Of a stretch of DNA of 64,000 nt, positions 17,818 to 30,101 are shown piece by piece (position 1 is the stretch's first letter; each line of letters begins with the position of its first letter). The notes under the pieces are model-generated. The model searched no databases, was not told the origin of the DNA, and worked only from the letters and a program-made list of their open reading frames with translations. The DNA comes from an uncultured delta proteobacterium (GTDB taxonomy: Bacteria > Desulfobacterota > Binatia > JACPRU01): the NCBI GenBank assembly GCA_963745025.1, contig CAVUWD010000020.1, forward strand, positions 192,001 through 256,000, read 5' to 3'. The translations under genes and the position numbers were made by a program.

Positions 17818-20493
17818 ATGATCGGCACCATGGAATCGACGCAAGATCGCGCCGAGCAGAACGCCGAGATCGATGCTTGGCTGGATACGCTCGAGGGTCT
17901 GGCGCGCGAGCGGGGGATGGCGGCGGCGCGGCGGCTGCTCTCCCGTCTAGTCGAGCACGGCCAACGTATGGGGATCGCGGTCACCGCGCCCCTGAACACG
18001 CCCTACGTCAACACCATACCGGTCGAAGACCAGCCTCCCTATCCGGGCGACCGGGACATCGAGCGCCGGATCAAGAGCCTCATTCGCTGGAATGCCATGG
18101 CCATGGTCGTGAAGGCGAACAAGCATTCACCGGGCATCGGCGGTCACATCTCGACGTATGCCTCGGCGGCAACGCTTTTCGAAGTCGGCTTCAATCACTT
18201 CTTCCGGGGCCGAGACGGCGGCGCGGGGGATCAAGTCTTCTTCCAGGGGCATGCGTCGCCAGGTGTGTACGCCCGGGCGTTTCTCGAAGGGCGCATCAGC
18301 GAGGCGGAGCTCCACGGCTTCCGGCGCGAGCTCTCCCCGGGCGGCGGGCTGTCGTCCTATCCCCATCCCTGGTTGATGCCTGATTTCTGGCAATTTCCGA
18401 CCGTATCGATGGGCCTATCACCGATTGCCGCGATCTATCAGGCGCGCTTCAATCGCTATTTGCACGCGCGGGGCTTGTGCGACACGTCGGACTGTCGGGT
18501 CTGGGCGTTTCTCGGCGACGGCGAAATGGACGAGCCCGAGAGTCTCGGCGCGATCACACTGGCCGCCCGCGAGCAGCTCGACAACCTGGTGTTCGTCGTC
18601 AATTGCAATCTCCAGCGCCTCGACGGACCTGTTCGCGGCAATGGCAAGATCATTCAGGAGCTCGAGGCGGCCTTCCGCGGCGCCGGCTGGAACGTGATCA
18701 AGGTCGTTTGGGGGGACGACTGGGATCCGCTGCTGGCACGCGACGACGAAGGCCTGCTCGTCCGCCGCATGACGGAGGCGCTCGACGGCGATTATCAGAA
18801 GTACACGGTCGAATCGGGCGACTACATCCGCAAGCGTTTCTTCGGTACGCATCCGACGCTCTTGCAGATGGTCGAGGATTTGACCGACGCGAAGCTGCGC
18901 AAGATGCGCCGGGGCGGTCACGACCCCGAGAAGGTGTATGCCGCCTACAAGGCCGCGGTCGAGCATCGCGGTTCGCCCACGGTGATCCTCGCCAAGACCG
19001 TCAAGGGCTGGGGGCTCGGCGAGGTCGGCGAGGGACGCAACGTCACACACCAGCAGAAGAAGCTCTCCGAGAAGGAGCTGCGCAGCTTCCGTGACCGTTT
19101 CGGCATACCGATCGGCGACCGTGAGCTGCTCCAGACGCCTTTCTACCGCCCGCCCGAAGATAGCGAGGAGGTGCAGTACCTCCTCGAGCGGCGTCGTGAG
19201 CTCGGTGGCTTCGTGCCGCATCGTGTGGCGCAGGCGCCCCCGCTCGAACGACTGCCGGCTTCGCTCTTCGAAGAGTTCCTGCAGTCCAGCGGCGACCGCG
19301 AGGTCGCGACGACGATGGTTCTTGTTCGGTTGCTGCGCCATCTGATGAACGATCCCAAGATCGGCCACTCGATCGTGCCGATCGTTCCGGACGAAGCGCG
19401 GACGTTCGGCATGGACGCGCTGTTCCGCAAGTACGGCATCTACTCGTCGCTCGGACAGCGTTACGAGCCCGCGGACTCCGACGTCGTGGCGTACTATCGA
19501 GAGGCCGAAGACGGGCAATTGCTCGAGGAGGGAATCACCGAAGCAGGCGCGATGGCCTCCTTCATCGCCGCCGGCACCGCCTATGCCACGCACGGTGTGA
19601 CGACGATTCCCTTTCTCGTCTTCTATTCGATGTTCGGCTTTCAGCGCGTCGGTGACCTGATCTGGCAGAATGCGGACTGCCGCGGACGAGGCTTTCTGAT
19701 TGGCGCCACCGCGGGGCGCACGACGCTCGCCGGCGAGGGGCTGCAGCACCAAGACGGGCACAGCCATCTACTGGCGAGCGTCGTGCCCACGGTTCGCGCC
19801 TATGATCCGGCGTACGCCTACGAGATCGCCACGATCGTCCGTGACGGTGTCCGCCGCATGTCGATCGAGCAAGAAGACGTAGTCTATTACCTGACCGTGC
19901 AGAACGAAATGTACGCGATGCCGGCGATGCCGCCCGGCGTGGAGGACGGGATCCTGCGCGGCATGTATCGTCTCGAGCCCGCCGAGGGGCCGTCCTCCTG
20001 GCCGCGCGTGCATTTGCTCGGTAGCGGCGCGATCCTTCGCGAGGTGCAGCGGGCGCGAGCGCTTCTCGCCGAGCGCGAAGTCGCCGCGACGGTGTGGAGC
20101 GTGACCAGCTATAGCGAGCTTCGTCGCGAGGCGCTCGCAGCCGAGCGCTGGAACCGCCTCCATCCGGAAGAGAAGCCGCGCATGCCGTACGTGAGCCGCC
20201 TGCTGGCGGTCGAGCCATGGCCGATCGTCGCGGCCACGGATTACATGAAGATCGTGGCCGATCAGATCGCGCGCTTCGTGCCTTCGACTTTCCTCGCTCT
20301 CGGCACCGATGGCTTCGGTCGCAGTGACGATCGAGCGTCTTTGCGGCGCTTTTTCGAGGTCGACGCGGAGTCGATCGCGGTCGCCGCCCTGTCGGAGCTC
20401 GTCCGTGCCGGACGGATCGATGCTCCCCGTGTCGCGACGGCGATCCGCGACTTCGCGATCGATCCGGAGACCCCGGATCCGGTGCGCCGCTGA
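17818..20493 (+). CDS. aceE: Pyruvate dehydrogenase E1, homodimeric type
   Basis: IRWNAMAMV, GGHISTYAS, SSYPHPWLMPDFWQFPTVSMGL, GDGEMDEPES, TLAGEGLQHQDG, LGTDGFGRSD. Confidence 0.95.
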   Translation: MIGTMESTQDRAEQNAEIDAWLDTLEGLARERGMAAARRLLSRLVEHGQRMGIAVTAPLNTPYVNTIPVEDQPPYPGDRDIERRIKSLIRWNAMAMVVKANKHSPGIGGHISTYASAATLFEVGFNHFFRGRDGGAGDQVFFQGHASPGVYARAFLEGRISEAELHGFRRELSPGGGLSSYPHPWLMPDFWQFPTVSMGLSPIAAIYQARFNRYLHARGLCDTSDCRVWAFLGDGEMDEPESLGAITLAAREQLDNLVFVVNCNLQRLDGPVRGNGKIIQELEAAFRGAGWNVIKVVWGDDWDPLLARDDEGLLVRRMTEALDGDYQKYTVESGDYIRKRFFGTHPTLLQMVEDLTDAKLRKMRRGGHDPEKVYAAYKAAVEHRGSPTVILAKTVKGWGLGEVGEGRNVTHQQKKLSEKELRSFRDRFGIPIGDRELLQTPFYRPPEDSEEVQYLLERRRELGGFVPHRVAQAPPLERLPASLFEEFLQSSGDREVATTMVLVRLLRHLMNDPKIGHSIVPIVPDEARTFGMDALFRKYGIYSSLGQRYEPADSDVVAYYREAEDGQLLEEGITEAGAMASFIAAGTAYATHGVTTIPFLVFYSMFGFQRVGDLIWQNADCRGRGFLIGATAGRTTLAGEGLQHQDGHSHLLASVVPTVRAYDPAYAYEIATIVRDGVRRMSIEQEDVVYYLTVQNEMYAMPAMPPGVEDGILRGMYRLEPAEGPSSWPRVHLLGSGAILREVQRARALLAEREVAATVWSVTSYSELRREALAAERWNRLHPEEKPRMPYVSRLLAVEPWPIVAATDYMKIVADQIARFVPSTFLALGTDGFGRSDDRASLRRFFEVDAESIAVAALSELVRAGRIDAPRVATAIRDFAIDPETPDPVRR

Positions 20494-20495
20494 GC

Positions 20496-21125
20496 GTGAA
20501 AGTCGGTCCGCTACCGATCTTGATCGGCCTCCTCGGGGCCGTCGGAATCCTCGCCGCAGGCGGGGTGAGCGTGGCGGTTTGCACGCTCGCGGCGATCACC
20601 GGCGGCGTGTTCGCGGATCTCGCTCGCCGCGCAGGGCGTGAGACGCCCTCGACGGTGAACGACGCCACCGATTTGTGGAGCTCACTCGGCTTCTTCGCGA
20701 TCTTGGTCGCTGCCGCTTTCGATCTCGGCCGATCCGCCGCGGAGCGCTCTACGCCACTGGATTGGACGCTGCGCATCGCCGGAACCGCCGTGATCATCCC
20801 GGGCGCGATCTTGCGCGGGGTGGCTGCCCGCTCCCTCGGGGCGAGCTTCGCCGTGCGGCTCGGGACGCGCGAAGATCAGCGCCTCATCGACTCGGGGCCC
20901 TATCGCTGGATTCGCCACCCGAGCTATGCGGGGCTGCTGCTAGTGGCCCTGGGCACGGCGCTCGGGCTCTGTAGCCCATTCGCGTTCGCCGCGACGGCGG
21001 GCTTCTGGCTTCCCATCGTCGTGGTGCGCATCGCGCGCGAGGAGCGAATGCTGAGCGAGCGCTTCGGGCGCGACTACGCCGACTACCAGAGGCGCACGTG
21101 GCGCCTCGTCCCCGGGGTTTACTGA
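20496..21125 (+). CDS. Isoprenylcysteine carboxyl methyltransferase family protein
   Basis: LIDSGPYRWIRHPSYAG, RIAREERML...FG..YADYQRRTWRLVPGVY. Confidence 0.85.
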   Translation: MKVGPLPILIGLLGAVGILAAGGVSVAVCTLAAITGGVFADLARRAGRETPSTVNDATDLWSSLGFFAILVAAAFDLGRSAAERSTPLDWTLRIAGTAVIIPGAILRGVAARSLGASFAVRLGTREDQRLIDSGPYRWIRHPSYAGLLLVALGTALGLCSPFAFAATAGFWLPIVVVRIAREERMLSERFGRDYADYQRRTWRLVPGVY

Positions 21126-21808
21126 TGCGCGTCGTCGTCCTGCAGCACGAGTCGATCGAGGGACCTGGGGTATGGGCGGAGACGCTCCTCGAGCACGGGG
21201 CGAGCGTCGAGTGCGTTCTCGTGCCGGCGCGGGGCGTTCCCGAGGCCGCGGAAGGCGCGGACCTCGTGATCTCGATGGGCGGATCGATGAGCGTCAACGA
21301 TCGCCTGCCGTGGATCGCGGCGGAAATCGCGCTGCTCGCCGAGCGCATTCGCTCCGGTGCCCCCGTTCTCGGCGTCTGCTTGGGGTCGCAGCTGATCGCC
21401 AAAGCCGCTGGAGGAACCGTCGAGCCCGGTGACGCTTTCGAGATCGGCGTTCATACGGTCGAGCTCACGAGCGAGGGCATCGCCGATCCCGTGACGGCGG
21501 TGCTCCCGCCGCGCTTCGCGGTCCTGCAGTGGCACGGAGAGATCTCCCGCGACGTCCCAGGCGCCGTGACGCTCGCGCGGTCGACGAGTGTTCCGATGCA
21601 AGCCTTTCTCGTCGCTCGCGCCTACGGGTTGCTCTTCCACCTCGAGGCGACGCTGCATTCGATCGTCGCGATGTCCCGCGCGTTCCCGGACGATCTTCGC
21701 CGCGGAGGGCTCGAGCCCCGGGCACTTGTCGAGCAAGCGCGAGAGCGGCTTCCCGACATCCACGAGCACGCGCGGCGGCTGCTCGGCGCGCTGCTTCGCT
21801 TAGAGTAA
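21125..21808 (+). CDS. Type 1 glutamine amidotransferase (GMP-synthase-like)
   Basis: MGGSMSVND, VLGVCLGSQL nucleophile elbow, QWHG, FHLE. Confidence 0.85.
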   Translation: MRVVVLQHESIEGPGVWAETLLEHGASVECVLVPARGVPEAAEGADLVISMGGSMSVNDRLPWIAAEIALLAERIRSGAPVLGVCLGSQLIAKAAGGTVEPGDAFEIGVHTVELTSEGIADPVTAVLPPRFAVLQWHGEISRDVPGAVTLARSTSVPMQAFLVARAYGLLFHLEATLHSIVAMSRAFPDDLRRGGLEPRALVEQARERLPDIHEHARRLLGALLRLE

Positions 21809-21928
21809 CACATCCAACGCTCGAACGTTCCGCGCTTCGCGCCCCATCCGTGCGAGCATACGTAGGGTGATGTACCGGACACTACGACCGCGACCGGCAC
21901 GCCCATTCCCGGAAACGCACACGCGGGC

Positions 21929-22783
21929 TCATGGAGGTTGCGTCGCTTGGAGTTGCCGTTCGAACCGCTCGGCGATTCGGCGGTTCAGCCACGCCGTGAA
22001 GCCGGGAGACAGCCGTTTCAGGAAGTACGTCACCCAGGCTTCCGGCGAGACCGGCGCCAACGCAGCGTCGCGCGCGACGGCCTTGAGGATCTTCTCGGCG
22101 ACGAGCTCCGGACCGTAATTTCGCCGGCGGTAGAACTCGACCATCCGCTCCCGCGCGCCGGGAAGCGCCGCTTTGCCCCGCAGTCGCGCCGCTCCCGTGA
22201 TCGGCGTGTCTATGATTCCCGGGCAGATGGCGGTGACGCCGATGCCGCGGGGCTTGAGCTCGTCACGCAGCGCCTCCGACAGCCCGACGACGGCGAACTT
22301 CGTCGTGCTGTAAGCCGACAGCGCCTCGCTGGCGAGGTAGCCGGCGGCGGATGCCACGTTCACCACGTGTCCGCCGCGTCCGCGCGCGACCATCTTCGGA
22401 ACGAAGAAATGGCAGCCGTGCACGATGCCACAGAGATTGATGCCGATGATCCAGTCCCAATCCTCGAGCGTGGTATCGAGAAAGGCGGCGCCGAGGCCGA
22501 CGCCGGCGTTGTTGACGAGCACGTCGACCGCCTCGACCTCCGCGTGCACCGCATCGGCAAACGCGCGCATGCGCCCGCGATCGGCGACATCGACGAAGTG
22601 GCTCGCCGCTTTGCGCCCGAGCGCCCGGATGTCGTCGGCGGTGCGTGCGCTAGCCGTCTCGTTGACGTCGCACACGACCAGATCCGCGCCGCGCCGGGCG
22701 AAGGCGAGCGCGGTTTCCCGGCCGATTCCACTGCCCGCGCCCGTGACCAGGACCACCTTGCCGCTGAGGGTGGAGACGTCCAT
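21929..22783 (-). CDS. SDR family oxidoreductase
   Basis: TGAGSGIG, NNAG, YSTTK catalytic YxxxK. Confidence 0.9.
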   Translation of the reverse strand: MDVSTLSGKVVLVTGAGSGIGRETALAFARRGADLVVCDVNETASARTADDIRALGRKAASHFVDVADRGRMRAFADAVHAEVEAVDVLVNNAGVGLGAAFLDTTLEDWDWIIGINLCGIVHGCHFFVPKMVARGRGGHVVNVASAAGYLASEALSAYSTTKFAVVGLSEALRDELKPRGIGVTAICPGIIDTPITGAARLRGKAALPGARERMVEFYRRRNYGPELVAEKILKAVARDAALAPVSPEAWVTYFLKRLSPGFTAWLNRRIAERFERQLQATQPP

Positions 22784-22794
22784 GAAGCTCAGGA

Positions 22795-22869
22795 GGCTAC
22801 CGGCTTCCGGCTACGGGCTTCGAAAAGACTTCGCGAAGGCCTTTCCTGTAGCCGGTAGCCTGTAGCCGG
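22795..22869. repeat. Heptamer (GGCTACC-like)x3 inverted-repeat intergenic element, copy A
   Basis: ggctaccggcttccggctac ... gtagccggtagcctgtagcc. Confidence 0.7.
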
Positions 22870-22873
22870 TCTT

Positions 22874-23242
22874 TCATCTCCGCGTCGGAATCACGTGTCG
22901 CACTCCGCCGCGCGGATCGGGGTGATCTCCGCGGTAGCGCGGGATCAGATGCCAGTGCGTGTGGCCGATCGACTGTCCGGCGGCGGACCCATCGTTGACG
23001 CCGATGTTGAAGCCGTCGGGATGGAACTCCGCGACGATCTTGGTGCGTTCCTGCCCGATCAGCGCATAACAATCCCGCACTTCCTCGTGCGTGAGATCGA
23101 AGAAGCTCGCGCAGTGCCGCTTTGGGATCACCAGGGTGTGGCCCTTGGAGGCCGGTTCCTTGTCCCGCACCGCTGCCGCCAGATCGTTTGCCGCGACGAC
23201 TCGCGGACCGAGATCGCAGAAGGGACAGTTCTCGGAGCTCAT
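22874..23242 (-). CDS. HIT family hydrolase
   Basis: CPFC, GHTLVIPKRH, AGQSIGHTHWHLIPR histidine triad. Confidence 0.9.
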   Translation of the reverse strand: MSSENCPFCDLGPRVVAANDLAAAVRDKEPASKGHTLVIPKRHCASFFDLTHEEVRDCYALIGQERTKIVAEFHPDGFNIGVNDGSAAGQSIGHTHWHLIPRYRGDHPDPRGGVRHVIPTRR

Positions 23243-23447
23243 TTGCGTCCTCCAGACCCGAAAGAATAAGACCCCGACAGCCTAGGAGAGAAGCGGAGCA
23301 GGGTCAATGACCGGCTGCCGGCCGTTGCTCTTCGGCTATCGGCCGAAGAGCGCATCCTCAAAAGCAGAAAGCCGATGGCCGACAGCGCAAGAACGGCGAG
23401 CGGCCCGACGGTTCGGAGAAGGGACCTTGAGTCTTAAGAAGGCGAAT

Positions 23448-24893
23448 CTAGAACATGGGGCTCGATGGGATGTAGGACTCTCCCATCAAATAAGTATCGA
23501 GGCCCCGTGCTGCTTCGCGGCCTTCCCAGATCGCCCAGACGACCAACGATTGACCCCGGCGAAGATCTCCACAGGCAAATACGCCGGGCACGCTCGACAT
23601 GTAGCTACGATCGGTCGCCACGTTGCCGCGCTCGTCGAGCTTCAGGCCAAGGTCGTTGATCGGGCCGGCACGTTCGGGGCCGAGAAAGCCGAGTGCCAGC
23701 AATACCAAATCACAATCGAGCTCAAAATTGCTGTCGATGATCTCCACCATTCTAGGCTGACCGTTGTCGCCGCGCTTCCACTCGAGGCGGACGGCGTGGA
23801 GCTTCTTCACCTTGCCGTTCTCTCCCGAGAAGCGCTTGGTGTTGATTGAGAAGTCGCGGACGACCCCTTCCTCGTGCGAGCTCGAGGTGCGGAGAATCAT
23901 CGGCCAATAGGGCCACGGCATGTCGGCAGTGCGCTTGTCGGGCGGCCGGGGAAGAAGCTCGAACTGATGCACCGAGAGGGCTCCCTGCCGATTCGAGGTG
24001 CCCAAGCAGTCGGAGCCCGTGTCGCCGCCGCCGAGAATGATGACGCGCTTTCCCGCGGCGGTGAGCCGGTTCGGCACCTCGTCGCCGGCGACGAGCTTGT
24101 TCTGCTGTGGCAGGAAATCCATCGCGAAGTGAATGCCGTCCAGTTCCCGGCCCGGGATCGGTAGATCGCGAGGCGCGGTTGCGCCCCCCGCCAGGCAAAT
24201 GGCATCGAAGGAGCTCCGCAGCTCGGCGGTCGGCACGTTGGAGCCGACGTTGGCGTTGGTCACGAAGCGGACCCCCTCGGCCTTCATCTGCTCCATCCGG
24301 CGGTCGACCAAATGTTTCTCCATCTTGAAGTCCGGGATGCCGTAGCGGAGCAGGCCGCCGATCCGGTCGGCGCGCTCGAAGACTGTGACGAGATGACCCG
24401 CGCGCGCGAGCTGCTGCGCGCAGGCCAGCCCCGCCGGCCCCGAGCCGACGACCGCGACCGTCTTGCCCGTTCGCCGCGGCGGGGGCTGCGGCGTGATCCA
24501 GCCTTCGGCGAAGGCGTGATCGACGATCTGCTTCTCGATCTGTTTGATCGTCACCGGGTCGTCGTTGATGTTGAGGACGCACGCCTCTTCGCAGGGCGCG
24601 GGACAGACGCGTCCGGTGAATTCGGGGAAATTGTTGGTCGAATGGAGGCGCCGGATCGCCTCCTTCCAGCGGCCGCGATAGATGAGGTCGTTCCAGTCGG
24701 GGATGATGTTCCCGAGCGGGCAGCCCTTGTGACAGAAGGGGATGCCGCAATCCATGCAGCGCGCGCCCTGCTGGCGGAGCTCGTCCTCCGGCAGCTTGCC
24801 CTCGAGTTCGCGCCAATCCTTCAGTCGCTCCTCGACCGGCCGCCGCTGCGGCAGCTCGCGAGGAATTTCCAAGAATCCAGTGATTTTGCCCAT
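23448..24893 (-). CDS. gltD: Glutamate synthase small subunit
   Basis: [57 protein letters not shown]. Confidence 0.95.
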   Translation of the reverse strand: MGKITGFLEIPRELPQRRPVEERLKDWRELEGKLPEDELRQQGARCMDCGIPFCHKGCPLGNIIPDWNDLIYRGRWKEAIRRLHSTNNFPEFTGRVCPAPCEEACVLNINDDPVTIKQIEKQIVDHAFAEGWITPQPPPRRTGKTVAVVGSGPAGLACAQQLARAGHLVTVFERADRIGGLLRYGIPDFKMEKHLVDRRMEQMKAEGVRFVTNANVGSNVPTAELRSSFDAICLAGGATAPRDLPIPGRELDGIHFAMDFLPQQNKLVAGDEVPNRLTAAGKRVIILGGGDTGSDCLGTSNRQGALSVHQFELLPRPPDKRTADMPWPYWPMILRTSSSHEEGVVRDFSINTKRFSGENGKVKKLHAVRLEWKRGDNGQPRMVEIIDSNFELDCDLVLLALGFLGPERAGPINDLGLKLDERGNVATDRSYMSSVPGVFACGDLRRGQSLVVWAIWEGREAARGLDTYLMGESYIPSSPMF

Positions 24894-24924
24894 GCGCTCC
24901 CGCTCGTGACTCAGTTCATGGATT

Positions 24925-24995
24925 CGGCTACCGACTACCGGCTTCCGGCAAAGACTTCTCTGAGTCTTTTGCGGTAGCCGGCAGCCGGTGGCCGG
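24925..24995. repeat. Heptamer inverted-repeat intergenic element, copy B
   Basis: cggctaccgactaccggcttccgg ... cggtagccggcagccggtggccgg between gltB and gltD. Confidence 0.7.
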
Positions 24996-24999
24996 CTTT

Positions 25000-27900
25000 T
25001 CAGATCGACGCCGATTTCGCCGCGTCGCTGTCCAGGTGCTGCGCCGCCAAGATCTTCCGGTACTCGAGCGGCATCACCTTGACGAATTTCTTGGCGTTCT
25101 CCTTCCAGCCCGACAGCACCCGCCAGGCGACCTGGCTCCCCGTGAGATCGTAATGTCTGCGCACCAGGTCGTGGACGGTCTTCAGATCCCCGTCGTCGAG
25201 CGGCTCGAGCCCGACCATTCCCTTGTTGCAGTTTCGTCCGAAGTGACCGTCGGCGTCGAGCACGTAGGCGACGCCACCGCTCATACCGGCGGCGAAGTTG
25301 CGCCCCGTCTTGCCGAGGACGACGACGAGCCCCTTGGTCATGTATTCGCAGCCGTGATCGCCGACACCCTCGACGACCGCCGTGGCGCCGCTGTTGCGCA
25401 CCGCGAAACGCTCGCCGGCCAGCCCGTGCAGGAACACTTCGCCGCCCGTTGCGCCGTAGAGGGACACGTTGCCGACGATGGAATTGTCTTCGGGGACGAA
25501 CGTCGACTCGCGCGGTGGCACGACCACGATGCGGCCGGCCGACATGCCCTTGGCGAAGTAGTCGTTGGCATCGCCCTCGAGCCGAATCGAGATGCCCGAC
25601 GCCAAGAACGCGGCGAAGCTCTGGCCCGCCGAGCCCGCGAAGTGGATCTGGATCGTGTCGGGCGGTAGTCCCTCCGCCCCGTAGCGCCGGGAGATCTCCG
25701 CGGAGAGCATCGTCGCGACGGTGCGATTGACGTTACGGATCGGGAGCTCGATCCTCGACCGGCTCTCGACGCTCCAACGCCGGGCGTGCGAGCTCGATCA
25801 GCTGGTTGTCGAGCGCCTCGTCGAGGCCGTGGTCCTGGGCCTCGACGCAATGGATCGGCACGTCGGGCGAGACGTCGGGCTTGTGCAGGATCGGAGTCAG
25901 ATCGAGGCCCTTGGCCTTCCAGTGCTCGATCGCGTCGCGGGGCTCTAGCATGTCGACCCGGCCGACCATCTCGTCGACGGTCGCGGAAGCCGAGCTCGGC
26001 CATGATCTCGCGGAGTTCCTCGGCGACGAACATCATGAAGTTGACGACGTGCTCGGGCTTGCCCTCGAACTTCTTGCGCAGCACCGGATCCTGGGTGGCG
26101 ATGCCGACCGGACAGGTGTTGAGGTGGCAGACGCGCATCATGATGCAGCCCGAGGCCACCAGCGCAGCGCTCGCGAAGCCGAACTCCTCGGCGCCGAGCA
26201 GCGCCGCGATCGCGACGTCGCGCCCGGTCTTCAGCTGCCCGTCGGTCTCGACGCGAATGCGCCCGCGCAGGTTGTTGATCACCAGCACCTGCTGCGTCTC
26301 GGCGAGGCCGAGCTCCCACGGCGTGCCGGCGTGCTTGATGCGAGGTGAGCGGCGATGCGCCCGTGCCACCCTCGTAGCCGCTGATCAACACCACGTCGGC
26401 CTTGGCCTTGCAGACACCCGCGGCCACGGTGCCGACGCCGATCTCGCTCACCAGCTTGACGCTGACGCGCGCCCGGTTGTTGGCGTTCTTCAGGTCGTGG
26501 ATCAGCTGGGCGAGGTCCTCGATCGAATAGATGTCGTGGTGCGGCGGTGGCGAGATCAGGCCGACGCCGGGAGTCGAGTAGCGGATCTTGGCGATGTACT
26601 CGTCGACCTTGTGGCCCGGCAGCTGGCCGCCCTCGCCGGGCTTGGCGCCCTGCGCGATCTTGATCTGCAGCTCGTCGGCGTTGACCAGATAGTAGGAGGT
26701 GACGCCGAATCGACCCGAAGCCACCTGCTTGATGGCGCTGCGGCGCAGATCACCGTTGTCGTCGGGGAGGTAGCGTGCCGAATCCTCGCCGCCCTCACCG
26801 GTGTTCGACTTGCCGCCGATGCGATTCATGGCGATCGCCAGGTTCTCGTGCGCTTCGCGGCTGATCGAGCCGAGCGACATCGCACCGGTCTTGAAGCGCT
26901 TGACGATCTCGGCAGCCGGCTCCACTGCTTCGATCGGAATCGGGATGCCGGGCTTGAACTTGAGGAGCCCGCGCAGCGTGCAGAGCTTCTCGCTGTGGTC
27001 GTTCGCCAGTGCGGAGTACTGCTTGAAAAGCTTGTAGCTCCCGCCACGCACCGAGTGCTGGAGCTTGGCGATCGTCTCGGGGTTGTACGCGTGGTACTCG
27101 CCTCGCCGCCGCCATTGATACTGGCCACCCGGGTCGAGCTCGCCGTCGAGCGACGGCGACACGCGATACGCGTAGTCGTGCCGCGCCTTGACCTCGGCGG
27201 CGATCGCGTCGAGGCCGATGCCCTCGATCTGTGACGCGGTCCAGGTGAAGTACTTGTCGATCAGTTCTCGGCAGAGTCCCACCGCTTCGAAGATCTGCGC
27301 GCCGTGGTAGCTCTGCAGCGTCGAGATCCCCATCTTGGACATCACCTTGAGCAGGCCCTTGCCGATCGCCTTGCGGTAGTGCTCGACGGCTTCGTCGGCG
27401 GTGACACCCTTGATCACGCCTTCCTCGACCATGCCCGCCACGGTTTCGTAAGCGAGATAGGGATTGAAGGCACCGGCGCCGTAGCCGACGAGCAGCGCGA
27501 AATGGTGAATCTCCCGCGGCTCGCCGCTCTCGACGATGATGCCGCACTTCGTGCGCGTTCCCTCGCGGATCAAATGGTGGTGCACGGCCGCCACGGCGAG
27601 CAGCGAGGGGATCGGCGCATGCTCGTCGTCGACGCCGCGGTCGGACAGGACGAGGATCGTCGCTCCCGCGGTGATCGCGTCGGAGGCGTTCTGGCAGAGA
27701 TCGTCGAGCGCTCTGCGGAGCGCGTCGGCGCCACCTCCGCAGTGGAAGAGCGAGGAGAGCGTGATGGTGCGCAGACCCTCCTGATCGAGCTCCTTGATGC
27801 GCTCGAGCTCGTCGTTGCTGAGCGCGGGCGTCTTCACCTCGAGCTGCCGGCAGTGAAGCGGCGTCTCGTCGAAGAGGTTCTGCTCGGCACCGATCGTCGT

Positions 27901-29532
27901 CGCGATCGACATCACGAGCTCTTCGCGAAGCGGATCGATCGCGGGGTTGGTGACTTGTGCGAAGAGCTGTTTGAAATAGGCGAACAGCAGCTGCGGCCGG
28001 TCGGAGAGCACGGCGGGAGGCGTGTCGGTGCCCATCGAGCCGACGGCCTCCTGACCGTTGATCGCCATCGGCGCCATCAGCATCCTCAGGTCTTCGATCG
28101 TGTAGCCGAAGGCCTGCTGCTGCTCGAGGAGCGTCGCTCTGTCGAATGGCTCCGGGAGCGACGTCGTGGGTGGAAGGCCCCCGAGCTTGACGATGTTCGC
28201 GTCGAGCCACTGGCGGTAGGGCCTGCGCGCGGCCATCCCTTCCTTGATCTCCTCGTCGCCGACGATGCGACCGAGGCTCGTGTCCACCAGGAACATGCGC
28301 CCCGGCTGCAAGCGTCCCTTGGCCTCCACGCGCTCCGGCGGGATGTCGAGCACGCCCACCTCCGAAGCCATGACCACGAGCCCGTCCTTGGTGACGACGT
28401 AGCGCGAGGGACGAAGGCCGTTGCGATCGAGCACCGCGCCGATGCGCACGCCATCGGTGAAGGCAATCGACGCCGGGCCATCCCACGGCTCCATCAAGCA
28501 CGAGTGGTACTCGTAGAAGGCGCGCTTGGTCTCGCTCATCGTCTCGTGGTTCTGCCACGCCTCGGGAATCATCATCATGACGGCGTGGGCGATCGAGCGG
28601 CCGGTGAGGGTCAGAAGCTCGAGCGCGTTGTCGAACTTCGCCGAGTCGCTGCCGCGGGGATTGATGATCGGCCGGATCTTCTCGATGTCCTCGCCGAACA
28701 GTGCCGACTGAAACATCTTCTCCCGGGCGTGCATCCAGTTCTCGTTGCCGCGCAGCGTGTTGATCTCACCGTTGTGCGCGAGAAACCGGTACGGGTGGGC
28801 GCGATCCCACGAGGGGAGGGTGTTCGTGGAGAAGCGCTGGTGGACGAGCGCCAGTGCCGAGTCCATGGCCGGGTCGCGTAGATCTTGGTAGAAGCGCGGG
28901 ATCTGCCACGAGATCAGCAGTCCCTTGTACACGATCGTACGGCTCGAGAGGCTCGCGACGTGGAAGCTCTCCGAATCGGGCAGACGCGAAGCGGCCACGC
29001 GATTCTCCACGACCTTGCGCACGACGTAGAGCTTGCGCTCGAGCGTCGCCTGGTCCTTCACGCGACGGCCATCGCGCCCGATGAAGATCTGGCGGATCTC
29101 GGGCATCACGGCGCGCGCCTGCGGGCCGCACTCGGCGGGATCGATCGGCACATGGCGCCAGGCGATGAGCTTGAGCCCCGCTTGGCGAGTCGCGCTCTCG
29201 AAGATCTCCAGACACTCGTTTCGCTGGTTCGTCTCACGCGGCAAGAACACCGTGCCGACGCCGTACTCGCCGGGCTCGGGAAGACGGTGCTTCTGCGCCG
29301 CGAGTTCCTTCTTGAAGAACGCGTGCGGGATCTGCAGCAGGATGCCCGCGCCATCGCCGGTCAGCGGATCACATCCACAGGCGCCACGATGCTCGAGGTT
29401 GGCGAGAATGGTCAGACCCTTGTCGACGATGTCGCGCGACTTCACGCCGCGCACGTTGACGACGAAGCCGACTCCGCAGGCATCGTGCTCGAAGCGCGGG
29501 TCGTAGAGTCCTTGGGGACGGAGGAGCGTCAT
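25000..29532 (-). CDS. gltB: Glutamate synthase large subunit, with three apparent +1 indels (~26341, ~25983, ~25753)
   Basis: [57 protein letters not shown] spread across ORFs 25945-29790, 25338-26369, 25733-25969, 25000-25710. Confidence 0.92.
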
Positions 29533-30101
29533 GAGGCGACCCTCGTTCGCGGGGCGCCGTTCCGCCGCGCCTTCTTTTCGACGGTTGGCGGCTCGGCGCC
29601 GATCGGTGGGGCAGGCAACTTCGGGAGCTTCAGTTGCGACCGTTCGGTGTTCGTGGAGAGCACGACCATCGTCTCGGTCTTCTCGACGCCGTCGATCGAG
29701 CGTAACCGACTGATCAACGCCTCGAGCGAGGACGTGTTCGCGGTCTTGATCTTGAGGAGGAGAGTGTAAGCGCCCGTCACGTGATGACACTCGAGAACGT
29801 CCTCGATCGCCTGCACCTCGCTCTCGAAGCGCTCGATGAGACGCGGGTGACTGACGTAGACGCCGATGAAGGCGGTGATGTCCATGCCGAGCCGGCGCGC
29901 ATCGAGGATCGCGTGGTAGCCGCGAATGACGCCGCCGTCCTCGAGTTTTTTCACGCGCTCGATCACCGACGGCGCCGACAGTCCGACCTGCTCGCCGATC
30001 TTTGCGAGCGACGTGCGGCAGTTGTCCTGCAAGATGGCGAGAATACCGAGGTCGATCTCATCGAGCTCGAAGGGCTCGAATGGGTCGCTACCTAATTTCA
30101 T
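29529..30101 (-). CDS. Lrp/AsnC family transcriptional regulator
   Basis: [47 protein letters not shown]; stop overlaps gltB start. Confidence 0.92.
   Translation of the reverse strand: MKLGSDPFEPFELDEIDLGILAILQDNCRTSLAKIGEQVGLSAPSVIERVKKLEDGGVIRGYHAILDARRLGMDITAFIGVYVSHPRLIERFESEVQAIEDVLECHHVTGAYTLLLKIKTANTSSLEALISRLRSIDGVEKTETMVVLSTNTERSQLKLPKLPAPPIGAEPPTVEKKARRNGAPRTRVAS

Noticed and set aside
17818-20493. aceE lacking adjacent aceF/lpd as a novel system
   Set aside because: Unlinked aceE genes are common; partners are probably elsewhere in the genome
25000-29532. Programmed frameshifting or true pseudogenisation of gltB (and glnD)
   Set aside because: No slippery heptamers at the sites and all catalytic motifs are intact; the pattern fits sequencing indels
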